From positions 135,222,001 to 135,286,000 of the forward strand of contig OZ024743.1 in the NCBI GenBank assembly GCA_964016885.1: a DNA stretch of 64,000 nucleotides, given 5' to 3'. The notes beneath the pieces were generated by a model. It did not search any database and was not told the DNA's origin. It saw only the letters and a program-made list of their open reading frames with translations. Made by a program: the position numbers and the translations under genes. The DNA comes from Eledone cirrhosa. Taxonomy: Eukaryota. This document shows, one piece after another, positions 23,691 through 37,400 of this stretch (positions within the stretch are counted from its first letter, which is position 1; each line of letters begins with the position of its first letter).

Positions 23691-26600
23691 GTGCTTAGTG
23701 CTTGGTGCTTGGTGTTTGGTGCTTGGTCCTTGGTGTTTGGTGTTGGTGTTTGGTGTTTGGTGCTTGGTGTTTGGTGCTTGGTGCTTGGTGCTGGGTGGTT
23801 GGTGTTTGGTGCTTGGTGTTTGGTGTTTGGTGCTTGGTGCTTGGTGTTTGGTGCTTGGTGCTTGGTGCTTGGTGATTATTGTTTGGTGCTTGGTCCTTGG
23901 TGCTTGGTGTTGGTGTTTGGTGTTTGGTGCTTGGTGTTTGGTGTTTGGTGCTGGGTGCTTGGTGCTTGTTGTTTGGTGCTTGGTGCTCGGTGATTAGTGT
24001 TTGGTGCTTGGTACTTGGGGTTTGGTGTTTGGTGCTTGTGGTTTGGTGTTTGGTGCTTGGTGCTTGGTGTTTGGTGCTTGGTGTTTGGTGCTTGGTGCTT
24101 TGTGTTTGGTGCTTGGTGCTTGGTGTTTGCTGCTTGGTGCTTGGTTTTTGGTGTTTGATGCTGCGTGCTTGGTGTTTGGTGTTTGGTGCTTGGTGCTTGG
24201 TGTTTGGTGTTTGGTGCTTGGTGCCTGGTGCTTGTTGTTTGGTGTTTGGTGCTTGGTGCTTGGTGTTTGGTGTTGTTGCTTGGTGCTTGGTGCTTGGTGC
24301 CTGGTGCTTGGTGCTTGCTGTTTGGTGCTTGGTGCTTGGTGCTTGGTGTTTGGTGATTGGTGCTTGGTGCTTGGTGTTTGGTGCTTGGTGCTTGGTGTTT
24401 GGTGCTTGGTGTTATGTGCTTGGTGTTTGGTGCTTGGTGCTTGGTGCTTGGTGTTAGGTGTTTGGAGCTTGGTGCTTGGTGTTTGATGTTTGGTCCTTGG
24501 TGCTTGGTGTTTGGTGCTTGGTGCTTGGTGTTTGGTGCTTGCTGCTTGCTGCTTGCTGCTTGGTGTTTGGTGCTTGGTGATTGGTACTTGGTGTTTGGTG
24601 CTTGGTGCTTGGTGTTTGGTGTTTGGTGCTAGGTGCTTGGTGCTTGGTGCTTGGTGTTTGGTGCTTGGTGCTTGGTGTTTGGTGTTTGGTGCTTGGTGCT
24701 TGGGGCTTGGTGTTTGGTGCTTAGTGCTTGGTGCTTGGTGTTTGGTGCTTGGTGCTTGGTGTTTGGTGTTTGGTGTTTGGTGCTAGGTGCTTGGTGCTTG
24801 GTGTTTGGTGTTTGGTGCTTGGTGTTTGGTGCTTGGTGCTTGGTGCTTGGTGCTTATTGTTTGGTGCTTGGTACCTGGTGCTTGGTGCTTGGTCTTTGGT
24901 GCTTGGTGTTTGGTGTTTGGTGCTTGGTGCTTGGTGTTTCGTGCTTGGTGCTTGGTGCTTGGTGTTTGGTGCTTGGTGCTTGGTGCTTGGTGATTAGTGT
25001 TTGGTGCCTGGTGCTTGGTGCCTGGTGCTTGGTGCTTGGTGCTTGTTGTTTGGTGCTTGGTGCTTGGTGATTAGTGTTTGGTGCTTGGTGCTTGAGGTTT
25101 GGTGTTTGGTGCTTGGGGTTTGGTGTTTGGTGCTGGGTGCTTTGTGTTTGGTGCTTGGTATTTGGTGCTTGGTGCTTGGTGTTCGGTGCTTGGTGCCTGG
25201 TGCTTGGTGTTTGGTGCTTGGTGCTTGGTGTTAGGTGATTGGTGCTTGGTGCTTGGTGCTTGGTGCTTGGTGTTAGGCGTTTGGTGCTTGGTGCTTGGTG
25301 TTTGATGTTTGGTCCTTGGTGCTTGGTGTTTGGTATTTGGTGCTTGGTGCTTGGTGTTTGGTGTTTGGTGCTTGCTGCTTGCTGCTTGGTGTTTGGTGCT
25401 TGGTGATTGGTGCTTGGTGTTTTGTGCTTTTTGCTTGGTGTTTGGTGTTTGGTGCTAGGGTCTTGGTGCTTGGTGCTTGGTGTTTGGTGCTTGGTGCTTG
25501 GTGTTTGGTGTTTGGTGCTTGGTGCGTGGGGCTTGGTGTTTGGTGCTTGGTGTTTGGTGCTTGGTGTTTGGTGCTTGCTGTTTGGTTCTTGGTGCTTGGT
25601 GTTTGGTGTTTGGTGTTTGGTGCTTGGTGCTTGGTGTTTGGTGCTTGGTGCTTGGTGCTTGGTGCTTGGTGCTTGGTGTTTGGTGCTTGGTGCTTGGTGA
25701 TTAGCGTTTGGTGATTGGTGCTTGGGGTTTGGTGTTTGGTACTTGGTGTTTGGTGCTTGGTGCTTGCTGTTTGGTGTTTGGTGTTTGGTTCTTGGTGCTT
25801 GGTGTTTGGTGTTTGGTGTTTGGTGCTTGGTGCTTGGTGCTTGGTGTTTGGTGCTTGGTGCTTGGTGCTTGGTGTTTGGTGCTGCGTGCTTGGTGTTTGG
25901 TGTTTGGTGCTTGGTGCCTGCTGCTTGTTGTTTGGTGTTTGGTGCTAAGTGCTTGGTGTTTGGTGTTTGGTGCTTGGTGCTTGGTGGCTGGTGCTTTTTG
26001 CTTGGTGCTTGGTGCTTGGTGTTTGGTGCTTGGTGCTTGGTGTTTGGTGTTTGGTGCTGGGTGCTTGGTGTTTGGTGTTTGGTGTTATATGCTTGGTGTT
26101 TGATGCTTGGTGCTTGGTGCTTGGTGTTTGGTGTTTGGTGCTTGGTGTTTGATGCTTGGTGCTTGGTGCTTGGTGTTTGGTGCTTGGTGCTTGGTGTTTG
26201 GTGTTTCGTGCTTGGTGCCTGGTGCTTGTTGTTTGGTGTTTGCTGCTTGGTGCTTGGTGTTTGGTGTTTGGTGCTTGGTGCTTGGTATCTGGTGTTTGGT
26301 GCTTGGTGTTTGGTGTTTGGTGCTTGGTGCTTGGTGCTTGGTGTTTGGTGTTTGGTGCTTGGTGCTTGGTGTTTGGTGCTTGGTGTTTGGTGTTTGGTGT
26401 TTGATGCTTGGTGTTTGCTGCTTGGTGCTTGGTGCTTGGTGTTTTGTGTTTGGTGCTGGGTGCTTGGTGCCTGGTGCTTGGTGCTTGGTGCTTGTTGTTT
26501 GGTGCTTGGTGCTTGGTGATTAGTGTTTGGTGCTTGGTGCTTGCGGTTTGGTGTTTCGTGCTTGGAGTTTGGTGTTTGGTGCTTGGTGCTTGGTGTTTGG

Positions 26601-29600
26601 TGCTTGGTGCTTGGTGTTTGGTGCTTGGTGCCTGGTGCTTGGTGTTTGCTGCTTGGTGCTTGGTGTTTGGTGCTTATTGTTTGGTGCTTGGTGCTTGGTG
26701 CTTGGTGCTTGGTGTTAGGTGTTTGGTGCTTGGTGCTTGGTGTTTGATGTTTGGTGCTTGGTGTTTGGTGCTTGGTGCTTGGTTTTGGTGTTTGGTGCTT
26801 GCTGCTTGCTGCTTGGTGTTTGGTGCTTGGTGATTGGTGCTTGGTGTTTTGTGCTTGGTGCTTGGTGTTTGGTGTTTGGTGCTAGGGGCTTGGTGCTTGG
26901 TGCTCGGTGATTAGTGTTTGGTGCTTGGTGCTTCAGGTTTGGTGTTTGGTGCTTGTGGCTTGGTGTTTGGTGCTGGGTGCTTGGTGCTTGTTGTTTGGTG
27001 CTTGGTGCTCGGTGATTAGTGTTTGGTGCTTGGTGCTTGGGGTTTGGTGTTTGGTGCTTGTGGTTTGGTGTTTGGTGCTTGGTGCTTGGTGTTTGGTGCT
27101 TGGTGTTTGGTGCTTGGTGCTTTGTGTTTGGTGCTTGGTGCTTGGTGTTTGCTGCTTGGTGCTTGGTTTTTGGTGTTTGATGCTGCGTGCTTGGTGTTTG
27201 GTGTTTGGTGCTTGGTGCTTGGTGTTTGGTGTTTGGTGCTTGGTGCCTGGTGCTTGTTGTTTGGTGTTTGGTGCTTGGTGCTTGGTGTTTGGTGTTTGTT
27301 GCTTGGTGCTTGGTATCTTGTGTTTGGTGCTTGGTGTTTGGTGTTTGGTGCTTGGTGCTTGGTGCTTGGTGTTTGGTGTTTGGTGCTTGGTGCTTGGTGT
27401 TTGGTGCTTGGTGTTTGGTGCTTGGTGTTTGATGCTTGGTGTTTGCTGCTTGGTGCTTGGTGCTTGGTGTTTTGTGTTTGGTGCTTGGTGCTTGGTGCCT
27501 GGTGCTTGGTGCTTGGTGCTTGGTGTTTGGTGCTTGATGCTAGGTGCTTGGTGTTTGGTGATTGGTGCTTGGTGCTTGGTGTTTGGTGCTTGGTCCTTGG
27601 TGTTTGGTGCTTGGTGTTTGGTACTTGGTGCTTGGTGTTTGTTTTTGGTGATTGGTGTTTGGTGCTTGGTGCTTTGTGCTTGGTGTTAAGTGTTTGGGTC
27701 TTGGTGCTTGGTGCATGGTGCTTGGTGTTTGGTGCTTGGTGCCTGGTGCTTGGTGTTTGGTGCTTGGTGCTTGGTGCTTGGTATTTGGTGCTTGGTGTTT
27801 GGGGCTTGGTGCTTGGTGTTTGGTGCTTGGTGTTATGTGCTTGGTGTTTGCTGCTTCGTGCTTGGTGCTTGGTGTTAGGTGTTTGGAGCTTGGTGCTTGG
27901 TGTTTGATGTTTGGTCCTTGGTGCTTGGTGTTTGGTGCTTGGTGCTTGGTGTTTGGTCCTTGGTGCTTGTTACTTGGACTTTGGTGCTTGGGGTTTGGTG
28001 TTTGGTGCTTGGTGCTTGGTGTTTGGTGCTTGGTGCTTGGTGCTTGGTGCTTGGTGTTTGGTGCTTGCTGCTCGGTGCTTGGTGTTTGGTGCTTGGTGCT
28101 TGGTGATTAGTGTTTGGTGATTGGTGCTTCGGTTTTGGTGTTTGGTGCTTCGGGTTTGGTGCTTGGTGCTTGCTGTTTGGTGTTTGGTGTTTGGTTCTTG
28201 GTGCTTGGTGTTTGGTGTATGGTGTTTGGTGCTTGGTGCTTGGTGCTTGGTGTTTGGTGCTTGGTGCTTGGTGCTTGGTGTTTGGTGCTGCGTGCTTGGT
28301 GTTTGGTGTTTGGTGGTTGGTGCCTGGTGCTTGTTTGGTTTTTGGTGCTTAGTGCTTGGTGTTTGGTGTTTGGTGCTTGGTGCTTGGTGGCTGGTGTTTG
28401 GTGCTTGGTGTTTGGTGTTTGGTGCTTGGTGCTTCGTGCATGGTGTTTCGTGCTTGGTGCTTGGTGCTTGGTGCTTTGTGTTTGGTGCTTGGTGTTTGGT
28501 GTTTGGTACTTGGTGCTTGGTGCTTGGTGCTTGGTGTTTGGTGCTTGGTGCTTGGTGTTTGATGCTGCGTGCTTGGTGTTTGGTGTTTGGTGCTTGGTGC
28601 CTGGTGCTTGTTGTTTGGTGTTTGGTGCTTAGTGCTTGGTGTTTGGTGTTTGGTGCTTGGTGTTTGGTGTTTGGTGCTTGGTGCTTGGTACTTGGTGTTT
28701 GGTGTTTGGTGCTTGGTGCTTGGTGTTTGGTGCTTGGTGTTTGGTGTTTGGTGTTTGATGCTTGGTGTTTGCTGGTTGGTGCTTGGTGCTTGGTGTTTTG
28801 TGTTTGGTGCTTGGTGCTTGGTGCCTGGTGTTTGGTTTTTGGTGCTTGGTGTTTGGTGCTTGGTGCTTGGTGTTAAGTGTTTGGGGCTTGGTGCTTGGTG
28901 CATGGTGCTTGGTGTTTGGTGCTTGGTGCCTGGTGCTTGGTGCTTGGTGCTTGGTGTTAAGTGTTTGGGGCTTGGTGCTTGGAGCATGGTGCTTGGTGTT
29001 TGGTGCTTGGTGCCTGGTGCTTGGTGTTTGGTGCTTGGTGCTTGGTGTTTGGTGTTTGGTGTTTGGTGCTTGGTGCTTGGTGTTTGGTGCTTGGTGTTTG
29101 GTGCTTGGTGTTGGGTGCTAGGTGCTTGGTGCTTGGTGCTTGGTGTTTGATGCTGCGTGATTGGTGTTTGGTGTTTGGTGCTTGGTGCTTGGTGTTTGGT
29201 GCTTGGTGCTTGGTGCTTGGTGCTTGGTGCTTGGTGTTTGGTGCTTGGTGCTTGGTGATTAGCGTTTGGTGATTGGTGCTTGGGGTTTGGTGTTTGGTAC
29301 TTGGTGTTTGGTGCTTGGTGCTTGCTGTTTGGTGTTTGGTGTTTGGTTCTTGGTGCTTGGTGTTTGGTGTTTGGTGTTTGGTGCTTGGTGCTTGGTGCTT
29401 GGTGTTTGGTGCTTGGTGCTTGGTGCTTGGTGTTTGGTGCTGCGTGCTTGGTGTTTGGTGTTTGGTGCTTGGTGCCTGCTGCTTGTTGTTTGGTGTTTGG
29501 TGCTAAGTGCTTGGTGTTTGGTGTTTGGTGCTTGGTGCTTGGTGGCTGGTGTTTGGTGCTTGGTGTTTGGTGTTTGGTGCTTGGTGCTTGGTGCCTGGTG

Positions 29601-32600
29601 TTTCGTGCTTGGTGCTTGGTGCTTGGTGTTTGGTGTTTGGTGCTTGGTGGTTGGTGTTTGGTACTTGGTGCTTGGTGTTTGGTGCTTGGTGCTTGGTGCT
29701 TTGTGTTTGATGCTGCGTGCTTGGTGTTTGGTGTTTGGTGCTTGGTGCTTGGTGTTTGGTGTTTCGTGCTTGGTGCCTGGTGCTTGTTGTTTGGTGTTTG
29801 CTGCTTGGTGCTTGGTGTTTGGTGTTTGGTGCTTGGTGCTTGGTATCTGGTGTTTGGTGCTTGGTGTTTGGTGTTTGGTGCTTGGTGCTTGGTGCTTGGT
29901 GTTTGGTGTTTGGTGCTTGGTGCTTGGTGTTTGGTGCTTGGTGTTTGGTGTTTGGTGTTTGATGCTTGGTGTTTGCTGCTTGGTGCTTGGTGCTTGGTGT
30001 TTTGTGTTTGGTGCTGGGTGCTTGGTGTTTGCTGCTTGGTGCTTGGTTTTTGGTGTTTGATGCTGCGTGCTTGGTGTTTGGTGTTTGGTGCTTGGTGCTT
30101 GGTGTTTGGTGTTTGGTGCTTGGTGCCTGGTGCTTGTTGTTTGGTGTTTGGTGCTTGGTGCTTGGTGTTTGGTGTTGTTGCTTGGTGCTTGGTGCTTGGT
30201 GCCTGGTGCTTGGTGCTTGGTGTTTGGTGCTTGGTGCTTGGTGCTTGGTGTTTGGTGATTGGTGCTTGGTGCTTGGTGTTTGGTGCTTGGTGCTTGGTGT
30301 TTGGTGCTTGGTGTTATGTGCTTGGTGTTTGGTGCTTGGTGCTTGGTGCTTGGTGTTAGGTGTTTGGAGCTTGGTGCTTGGTGTTTGATGTTTGGTCCTT
30401 GGTGCTTGGTGTTTGGTGCTTGGTGCTTGGTGTTTGGTGTTTGGTGCTTGCTGCTTGCTGCTTGGTGTTTGGTGCTTGGTGATTGGTACTTGGTGTTTGG
30501 TGCTTGGTGCTTGGTGTTTGGTGTTTGGTGCTAGGTGCTTGGTGCTTGGTGCTTGGTGTTTGGTGCTTGGTGCTTGGTGTTTGGTGTTTGGTGCTTGGTG
30601 CTTGGGGCTTGGTGTTTGGTGCTTAGTGCTTGGTGCTTGGTGTTTGGTGCTTGGTGCTTGGTGTTTGGTGTTTGGTGCTAGGTGCTTGGTGCTTGGTGTT
30701 TGGTGTTTGGTGCTTGGTGTTTGGTGCTTGGTGCTTGGTGCTTGGTGCTTATTGTTTGGTGCTTAGTACTTGGTGCTTCGTGCTTGGTCTTTGGTGCTTG
30801 GTGTTTGGTGTTTGGTGCTTGGTGCTTGGTGTTTGGTGCTTGGTGCTTGGTGCTTGGTGTTTGGTGCTTGGTGCTTGGTGCTTGGTGATTAGTGTTTGGT
30901 GCCTGGTGCTTGGTGCCTGGTGCTTGGTGCTTGGTGCTTGTTGTTTGGTGCTTGGTGCTTGGTGATTAGTGTTTGGTGCTTGGTGCTTGAGGTTTGGTGT
31001 TTGGTGCTTGGGGTTTGGTGTTTGGTGCTGGGTGCTTTGTGTTTGGTGCTTGGTATTTGGTGCTTGGTGCTTGGTGTTCGGTGCTTGGTGCCTGGTGCTT
31101 GGTGTTTGGTGCTTGGTGCTTGGTGTTAGGTGATTGGTGCTTGGTGCTTGGTGCTTGGTGCTTGGTGTTAGGCGTTTGGTGCTTGGTGCTTGGTGTTTGA
31201 TGTTTGGTCCTTGGTGCTTGGTGTTTGGTATTTGGTGCTTGGTGCTTGGTGTTTGGTGTTTGGTGCTTGGTGCTTGGTGTTTTGTGCTTTTTGCTTGGTG
31301 TTTGGTGTTTGGTGCTAGGGTCTTGGTGCTTGGTGCTTGGTGTTTGGTGCTTGGTGCTTGGTGTTTGGTGTTTGGTGCTTGGTGCGTGGGGCTTGGTGTT
31401 TGGTGCTTGGTGTTTGGTGCTTGGTGTTTGGTGCTTGCTGTTTGGTGCTTGGTGCTTGGTGTTTGGTGTTTGGTGTTTGGTGCTTGGTGCTTGGTGTTTG
31501 GTGCTTGGTGCTTGGTGCTTGGTGCTTGGTGCTTGGTGTTTGGTGCTTGGTGCTTGGTGATTAGCGTTTGGTGATTGGTGCTTGGGGTTTGGTGTTTGGT
31601 ACTTGGTGTTTGGTGCTTGGTGCTTGCTGTTTGGTGTTTGGTGTTTGGTTCTTGGTGCTTGGTGTTTGGTGTTTGGTGTTTGGTGCTTGGTGCTTGGTGC
31701 TTGGTGTTTGGTGCTTGGTGCTTGGTGCTTGGTGTTTGGTGCTGCGTGCTTGGTGTTTGGTGTTTGGTGCTTGGTGCCTGCTGCTTGTTGTTTGGTGTTT
31801 GGTGCTAAGTGCTTGGTGTTTGGTGTTTGGTGCTTGGTGCTTGGTGGCTGGTGTTTGGTGCTTGGTGTTTGGTGTTTGGTGCTTGGTGCTTGGTGCCTGG
31901 TGTTTCGTGCTTGGTGCTTGGTGCTTGGTGTTTGGTGTTTGGTGCTTGGTGGTTGGTGTTTGGTACTTGGTGCTTGGTGTTTGGTGCTTGGTGCTTGGTG
32001 CTTTGTGTTTGATGCTGCGTGCTTGGTGTTTGGTGTTTGGTGTTTCGTGCTTGGTGCCTGGTGCTTGTTGTTTGGTGTTTGCTGCTTGGTGCTTGGTGTT
32101 TCGTGTTTGGTGCTTGGTGCTTGGTATCTGGTGTTTGGTGCTTGGTGTTTGGAGTTTGGTGCTTGGTGCTTGGTGCTTGGTGTTTGGTGTTTGGTGCTTG
32201 GTGCTTGGTGTTTGGTGCTTGGTGTTTGGTGTTTGGTGTTTGATGCTTGGTGTTTGCTGCTTGGTGCTTGGTGCTTGGTGTTTTGTGTTTGGTGCTGGGT
32301 GCTTGGTGCCTGGTGCTTGGTGCTTGGTGCTTGTTGTTTGGTGCTTGGTGCTTGGTGATTAGTGTTTGGTGCTTGGTGCTTGCGGTTTGGTGTTTCGTGC
32401 TTGGAGTTTGGTGTTTGGTGCTTGGTGCTTGGTGTTTGGTGCTTGGTGCTTGGTGTTTGGTGCTTGGTGCCTGGTGCTTGGTGTTTGCTGCTTGGTGCTT
32501 GGTGTTTGGTGCTTATTGTTTGGTGCTTGGTGCTTGGTGCTTGGTGCTTGGTGTTAGGTGTTTGGTGCTTGGTGCTTGGTGTTTGATGTTTGGTCCTTGG

Positions 32601-34410
32601 TGCTTGGTGTTTGGTGCTTGGTGCTTGGTGTTTGGTGTTTGGTGCTTGCTGCTTGCTGCTTGGTGTTTGGTGCTTGGTGATTGGTACTTGGTGTTTGGTG
32701 CTTGGTGCTTGGTGTTTGGTGTTTGGTGCTAGGTGCTTGGTGCTTGGTGCTTGGTGTTTGGTGCTTGGTGCTTGGTGCTTGGTGTTTGGTGCTTGGTGCT
32801 TGGGGCTTGGTGTTTGGTGCTTAGTGCTTGGTGCTTGGTGTTTGGTGCTTGGTGCTTGGTGTTTGGTGTTTGGTGCTAGGTGCTTGGTGCTTGGTGTTTG
32901 GTGTTTGGTGCTTGGTGTTTGGTGCTTGGTGCTTGGTGCTTGGTGCTTATTGTTTGGTGCTTGGTACTTGGTGCTTGGTGCTTGGTCTTTGGTGCTTGGT
33001 GTTTGGTGTTTGGTGCTTGGTGCTTGGTGTTTGGTGCTTGGTTTTTGGTGCTTGGTGTTTGGTGCTTGGTGCTTGGTGCTTGGTGATTAGTGTTTGGTGC
33101 CTGGTGCTTGGTGCCTGGTGCTTGGTGCTTGGTGCTTGTTGTTTGGTGCTTGGTGCTTGGTGATTAGTGTTTGGTGCTTGGTGCTTGAGGTTTGGTGTTT
33201 GGTGCTTGGGGTTTGGTGTTTGGTGCTGGGTGCTTTGTGTTTGGTGCTTGGTATTTGGTGCTTGGTGCTTGGTGTTCGGTGCTTGGTGCCTGGTGCTTGG
33301 TGTTTGGTGCTTGGTGCTTGGTGTTAGGTGATTGGTGCTTGGTGCTTGGTGCTTGGTGCTTGGTGTTAGGCGTTTGGTGCTTGGTGCTTGGTGTTTGATG
33401 TTTGGTCCTTGGTGCTTGGTGTTTGGTATTTGGTGCTTGGTGCTTGGTGTTTGGTGTTTGGTGCTTGGTGCTTGGTGTTTTGTGCTTTTTGCTTGGTGTT
33501 TGGTGTTTGGTGCTAGGGTCTTGGTGCTTGGTGCTTGGTGTTTGGTGCTTGGTGCTTGGTGTTTGGTGTTTGGTGCTTGGTGTGTGGGGCTTGGTGTTTG
33601 GTGCTTGGTGTTTGGTGCTTGGTGTTTGGTGCTTGCTGTTTGGTGCTTGGTGCTTGGTGTTTGGTGTTTGGTGTTTGGTGCTTGGTGCTTGGTGTTTGGT
33701 GCTTGGTGCTTGGTGCTTGGTGCTTGGTGCTTGGTGTTTGGTGCTTGGTGCTTGGTGATTAGCGTTTGGTGATTGGTGCTTGGGGTTTGGTGTTTGGTAC
33801 TTGGTGTTTGGTGCTTGGTGCTTGCTGTTTGGTGTTTGGTGTTTGGTTCTTGGTGCTTGGTGTTTGGTGTTTGGTGTTTGGTGCTTGGTGCTTGGTGCTT
33901 GGTGTTTGGTGCTTGGTGCTTGGTGCTTGGTGTTTGGTGCTGCGTGCTTGGTGTTTGGTGTTTGGTGCTTGGTGCCTGCTGCTTGTTGTTTGGTGTTTGG
34001 TGTAAAGTGCTTGGTGTTTGGTGTTTGGTGCTTGGTGCTTGGTGGCTGGTGTTTGGTGCTTGGTGTTTGGTGTTTGGTGCTTGGTGCTTGGTGCCTGGTG
34101 TTTCGTGCTTGGTGCTTGGTGCTTGGTGTTTGGTGTTTGGTGCTTGGTGGTTGGTGTTTGGTACTTGGTGCTTGGTGTTTGGTGCTTGGTGCTTGGTGCT
34201 TTGTGTTTGATGCTGCGTGCTTGGTGTTTGGTGTTTGGTGCTTGGTGCTTGGTGTTTGGTGTTTCGTGCTTGGTGCCTGGTGCTTGTTGTTTGGAGTTTG
34301 CTGCTTGGTGCTTGGTGTTTCGTGTTTGGTGCTTTGTGCTTGGTATCTGGTGTTTGGTGCTTGGTGTTTGGAGTTTGGTGTTTGGTGCTTAGTGCTTGGT
34401 GCTTGGTGTT
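23690..34410 (+). repeat. ~10.7-kb higher-order repeat, copy 1
   Basis: ORF pairs 25001/35681, 26907/37587, 28110/38790, 29280/39960, 31568/42248 and 32590/43270 are all offset by 10680. Flanking offsets of 10722, 10687 and 10631 differ from 10680 by multiples of 7. Confidence 0.92.
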
Positions 34411-37400
34411 TGGTGCTTAGTGCTTGGTGCTTGGTGTTTGGTGCTTGGTCCTTGGTGTTTGGTGTTGGTGTTTGGTGTTTGGTGCTTGGTGTTTGGTGCT
34501 TGGTGCTTGGTGCTGGGTGGTTGGTGTTTGGTGCTTGGTGTTTGGTGTTTGGTGCTTGGTGCTTGGTGTTTGGTGCTTGGTGCTTGGTGCTTGGTGATTA
34601 TTGTTTGGTGCTTGGTCCTTGGTGCTTGGTGTTGGTGTTTGGTGTTTGGTGCTTGGTGTTTGGTGTTTGGTGCTGGGTGCTTGGTGCTTGTTGTTTGGTG
34701 CTTGGTGCTCGGTGATTAGTGTTTGGTGCTTGGTACTTGGGGTTTGGTGTTTGGTGCTTGTGGTTTGGTGTTTGGTGCTTGGTGCTTGGTGTTTGGTGCT
34801 TGGTGTTTGGTGCTTGGTGCTTTGTGTTTGGTGCTTGGTGCTTGGTGTTTGCTGCTTGGTGCTTGGTTTTTGGTGTTTGATGCTGCGTGCTTGGTGTTTG
34901 GTGTTTGGTGCTTGGTGCTTGGTGTTTGGTGTTTGGTGCTTGGTGCTTGGTGTTTGGTGTTGTTGCTTGGTGCTTGGTGCTTGGTGCCTGGTGCTTGGTG
35001 CTTGCTGTTTGGTGCTTGGTGCTTGGTGCTTGGTGTTTGGTGATTGGTGCTTGGTGCTTGGTGTTTGGTGCTTGGTGCTTGGTGTTTGGTGCTTGGTGTT
35101 ATGTGCTTGGTGTTTGGTGCTTGGTGCTTGGTGCTTGGTGTTAGGTGTTTGGAGCTTGGTGCTTGGTGTTTGATGTTTGGTCCTTGGTGCTTGGTGTTTG
35201 GTGCTTGGTGCTTGGTGTTTGGTGCTTGCTGCTTGCTGCTTGCTGCTTGGTGTTTGGTGCTTGGTGATTGGTACTTGGTGTTTGGTGCTTGGTGCTTGGT
35301 GTTTGGTGTTTGGTGCTAGGTGCTTGGTGCTTGGTGCTTGGTGTTTGGTGCTTGGTGCTTGGTGTTTGGTGTTTGGTGCTTGGTGCTTGGGGCTTGGTGT
35401 TTGGTGCTTAGTGCTTGGTGCTTGGTGTTTGGTGCTTGGTGCTTGGTGTTTGGTGTTTGGTGCTAGGTGCTTGGTGCTTGGTGTTTGGTGTTTGGTGCTT
35501 GGTGTTTGGTGCTTGGTGCTTGGTGCTTGGTGCTTATTGTTTGGTGCTTGGTACCTGGTGCTTGGTGCTTGGTCTTTGGTGCTTGGTGTTTGGTGTTTGG
35601 TGCTTGGTGCTTGGTGTTTCGTGCTTGGTGCTTGGTGCTTGGTGTTTGGTGCTTGGTGCTTGGTGCTTGGTGATTAGTGTTTGGTGCCTGGTGCTTGGTG
35701 CCTGGTGCTTGGTGCTTGGTGCTTGTTGTTTGGTGCTTGGTGCTTGGTGATTAGTGTTTGGTGCTTGGTGCTTGAGGTTTGGTGTTTGGTGCTTGGGGTT
35801 TGGTGTTTGGTGCTGGGTGCTTTGTGTTTGGTGCTTGGTATTTGGTGCTTGGTGCTTGGTGTTCGGTGCTTGGTGCCTGGTGCTTGGTGTTTGGTGCTTG
35901 GTGCTTGGTGTTAGGTGATTGGTGCTTGGTGCTTGGTGCTTGGTGCTTGGTGTTAGGCGTTTGGTGCTTGGTGCTTGGTGTTTGATGTTTGGTCCTTGGT
36001 GCTTGGTGTTTGGTATTTGGTGCTTGGTGCTTGGTGTTTGGTGTTTGGTGCTTGCTGCTTGCTGCTTGGTGTTTGGTGCTTGGTGATTGGTGCTTGGTGT
36101 TTTGTGCTTTTTGCTTGGTGTTTGGTGTTTGGTGCTAGGGTCTTGGTGCTTGGTGCTTGGTGTTTGGTGCTTGGTGCTTGGTGTTTGGTGTTTGGTGCTT
36201 GGTGCGTGGGGCTTGGTGTTTGGTGCTTGGTGTTTGGTGCTTGGTGTTTGGTGCTTGCTGTTTGGTTCTTGGTGCTTGGTGTTTGGTGTTTGGTGTTTGG
36301 TGCTTGGTGCTTGGTGTTTGGTGCTTGGTGCTTGGTGCTTGGTGCTTGGTGCTTGGTGTTTGGTGCTTGGTGCTTGGTGATTAGCGTTTGGTGATTGGTG
36401 CTTGGGGTTTGGTGTTTGGTACTTGGTGTTTGGTGCTTGGTGCTTGCTGTTTGGTGTTTGGTGTTTGGTTCTTGGTGCTTGGTGTTTGGTGTTTGGTGTT
36501 TGGTGCTTGGTGCTTGGTGCTTGGTGTTTGGTGCTTGGTGCTTGGTGCTTGGTGTTTGGTGCTGCGTGCTTGGTGTTTGGTGTTTGGTGCTTGGTGCCTG
36601 CTGCTTGTTGTTTGGTGTTTGGTGCTAAGTGCTTGGTGTTTGGTGTTTGGTGCTTGGTGCTTGGTGGCTGGTGCTTTTTGCTTGGTGCTTGGTGCTTGGT
36701 GTTTGGTGCTTGGTGCTTGGTGTTTGGTGTTTGGTGCTGGGTGCTTGGTGTTTGGTGTTTGGTGTTATATGCTTGGTGTTTGATGCTTGGTGCTTGGTGC
36801 TTGGTGTTTGGTGTTTGGTGCTTGGTGTTTGATGCTTGGTGCTTGGTGCTTGGTGTTTGGTGCTTGGTGCTTGGTGTTTGGTGTTTCGTGCTTGGTGCCT
36901 GGTGCTTGTTGTTTGGTGTTTGCTGCTTGGTGCTTGGTGTTTGGTGTTTGGTGCTTGGTGCTTGGTATCTGGTGTTTGGTGCTTGGTGTTTGGTGTTTGG
37001 TGCTTGGTGCTTGGTGCTTGGTGTTTGGTGTTTGGTGCTTGGTGCTTGGTGTTTGGTGCTTGGTGTTTGGTGTTTGGTGTTTGATGCTTGGTGTTTGCTG
37101 CTTGGTGCTTGGTGCTTGGTGTTTTGTGTTTGGTGCTGGGTGCTTGGTGCCTGGTGCTTGGTGCTTGGTGCTTGTTGTTTGGTGCTTGGTGCTTGGTGAT
37201 TAGTGTTTGGTGCTTGGTGCTTGCGGTTTGGTGTTTCGTGCTTGGAGTTTGGTGTTTGGTGCTTGGTGCTTGGTGTTTGGTGCTTGGTGCTTGGTGTTTG
37301 GTGCTTGGTGCCTGGTGCTTGGTGTTTGCTGCTTGGTGCTTGGTGTTTGGTGCTTATTGTTTGGTGCTTGGTGCTTGGTGCTTGGTGCTTGGTGTTAGGT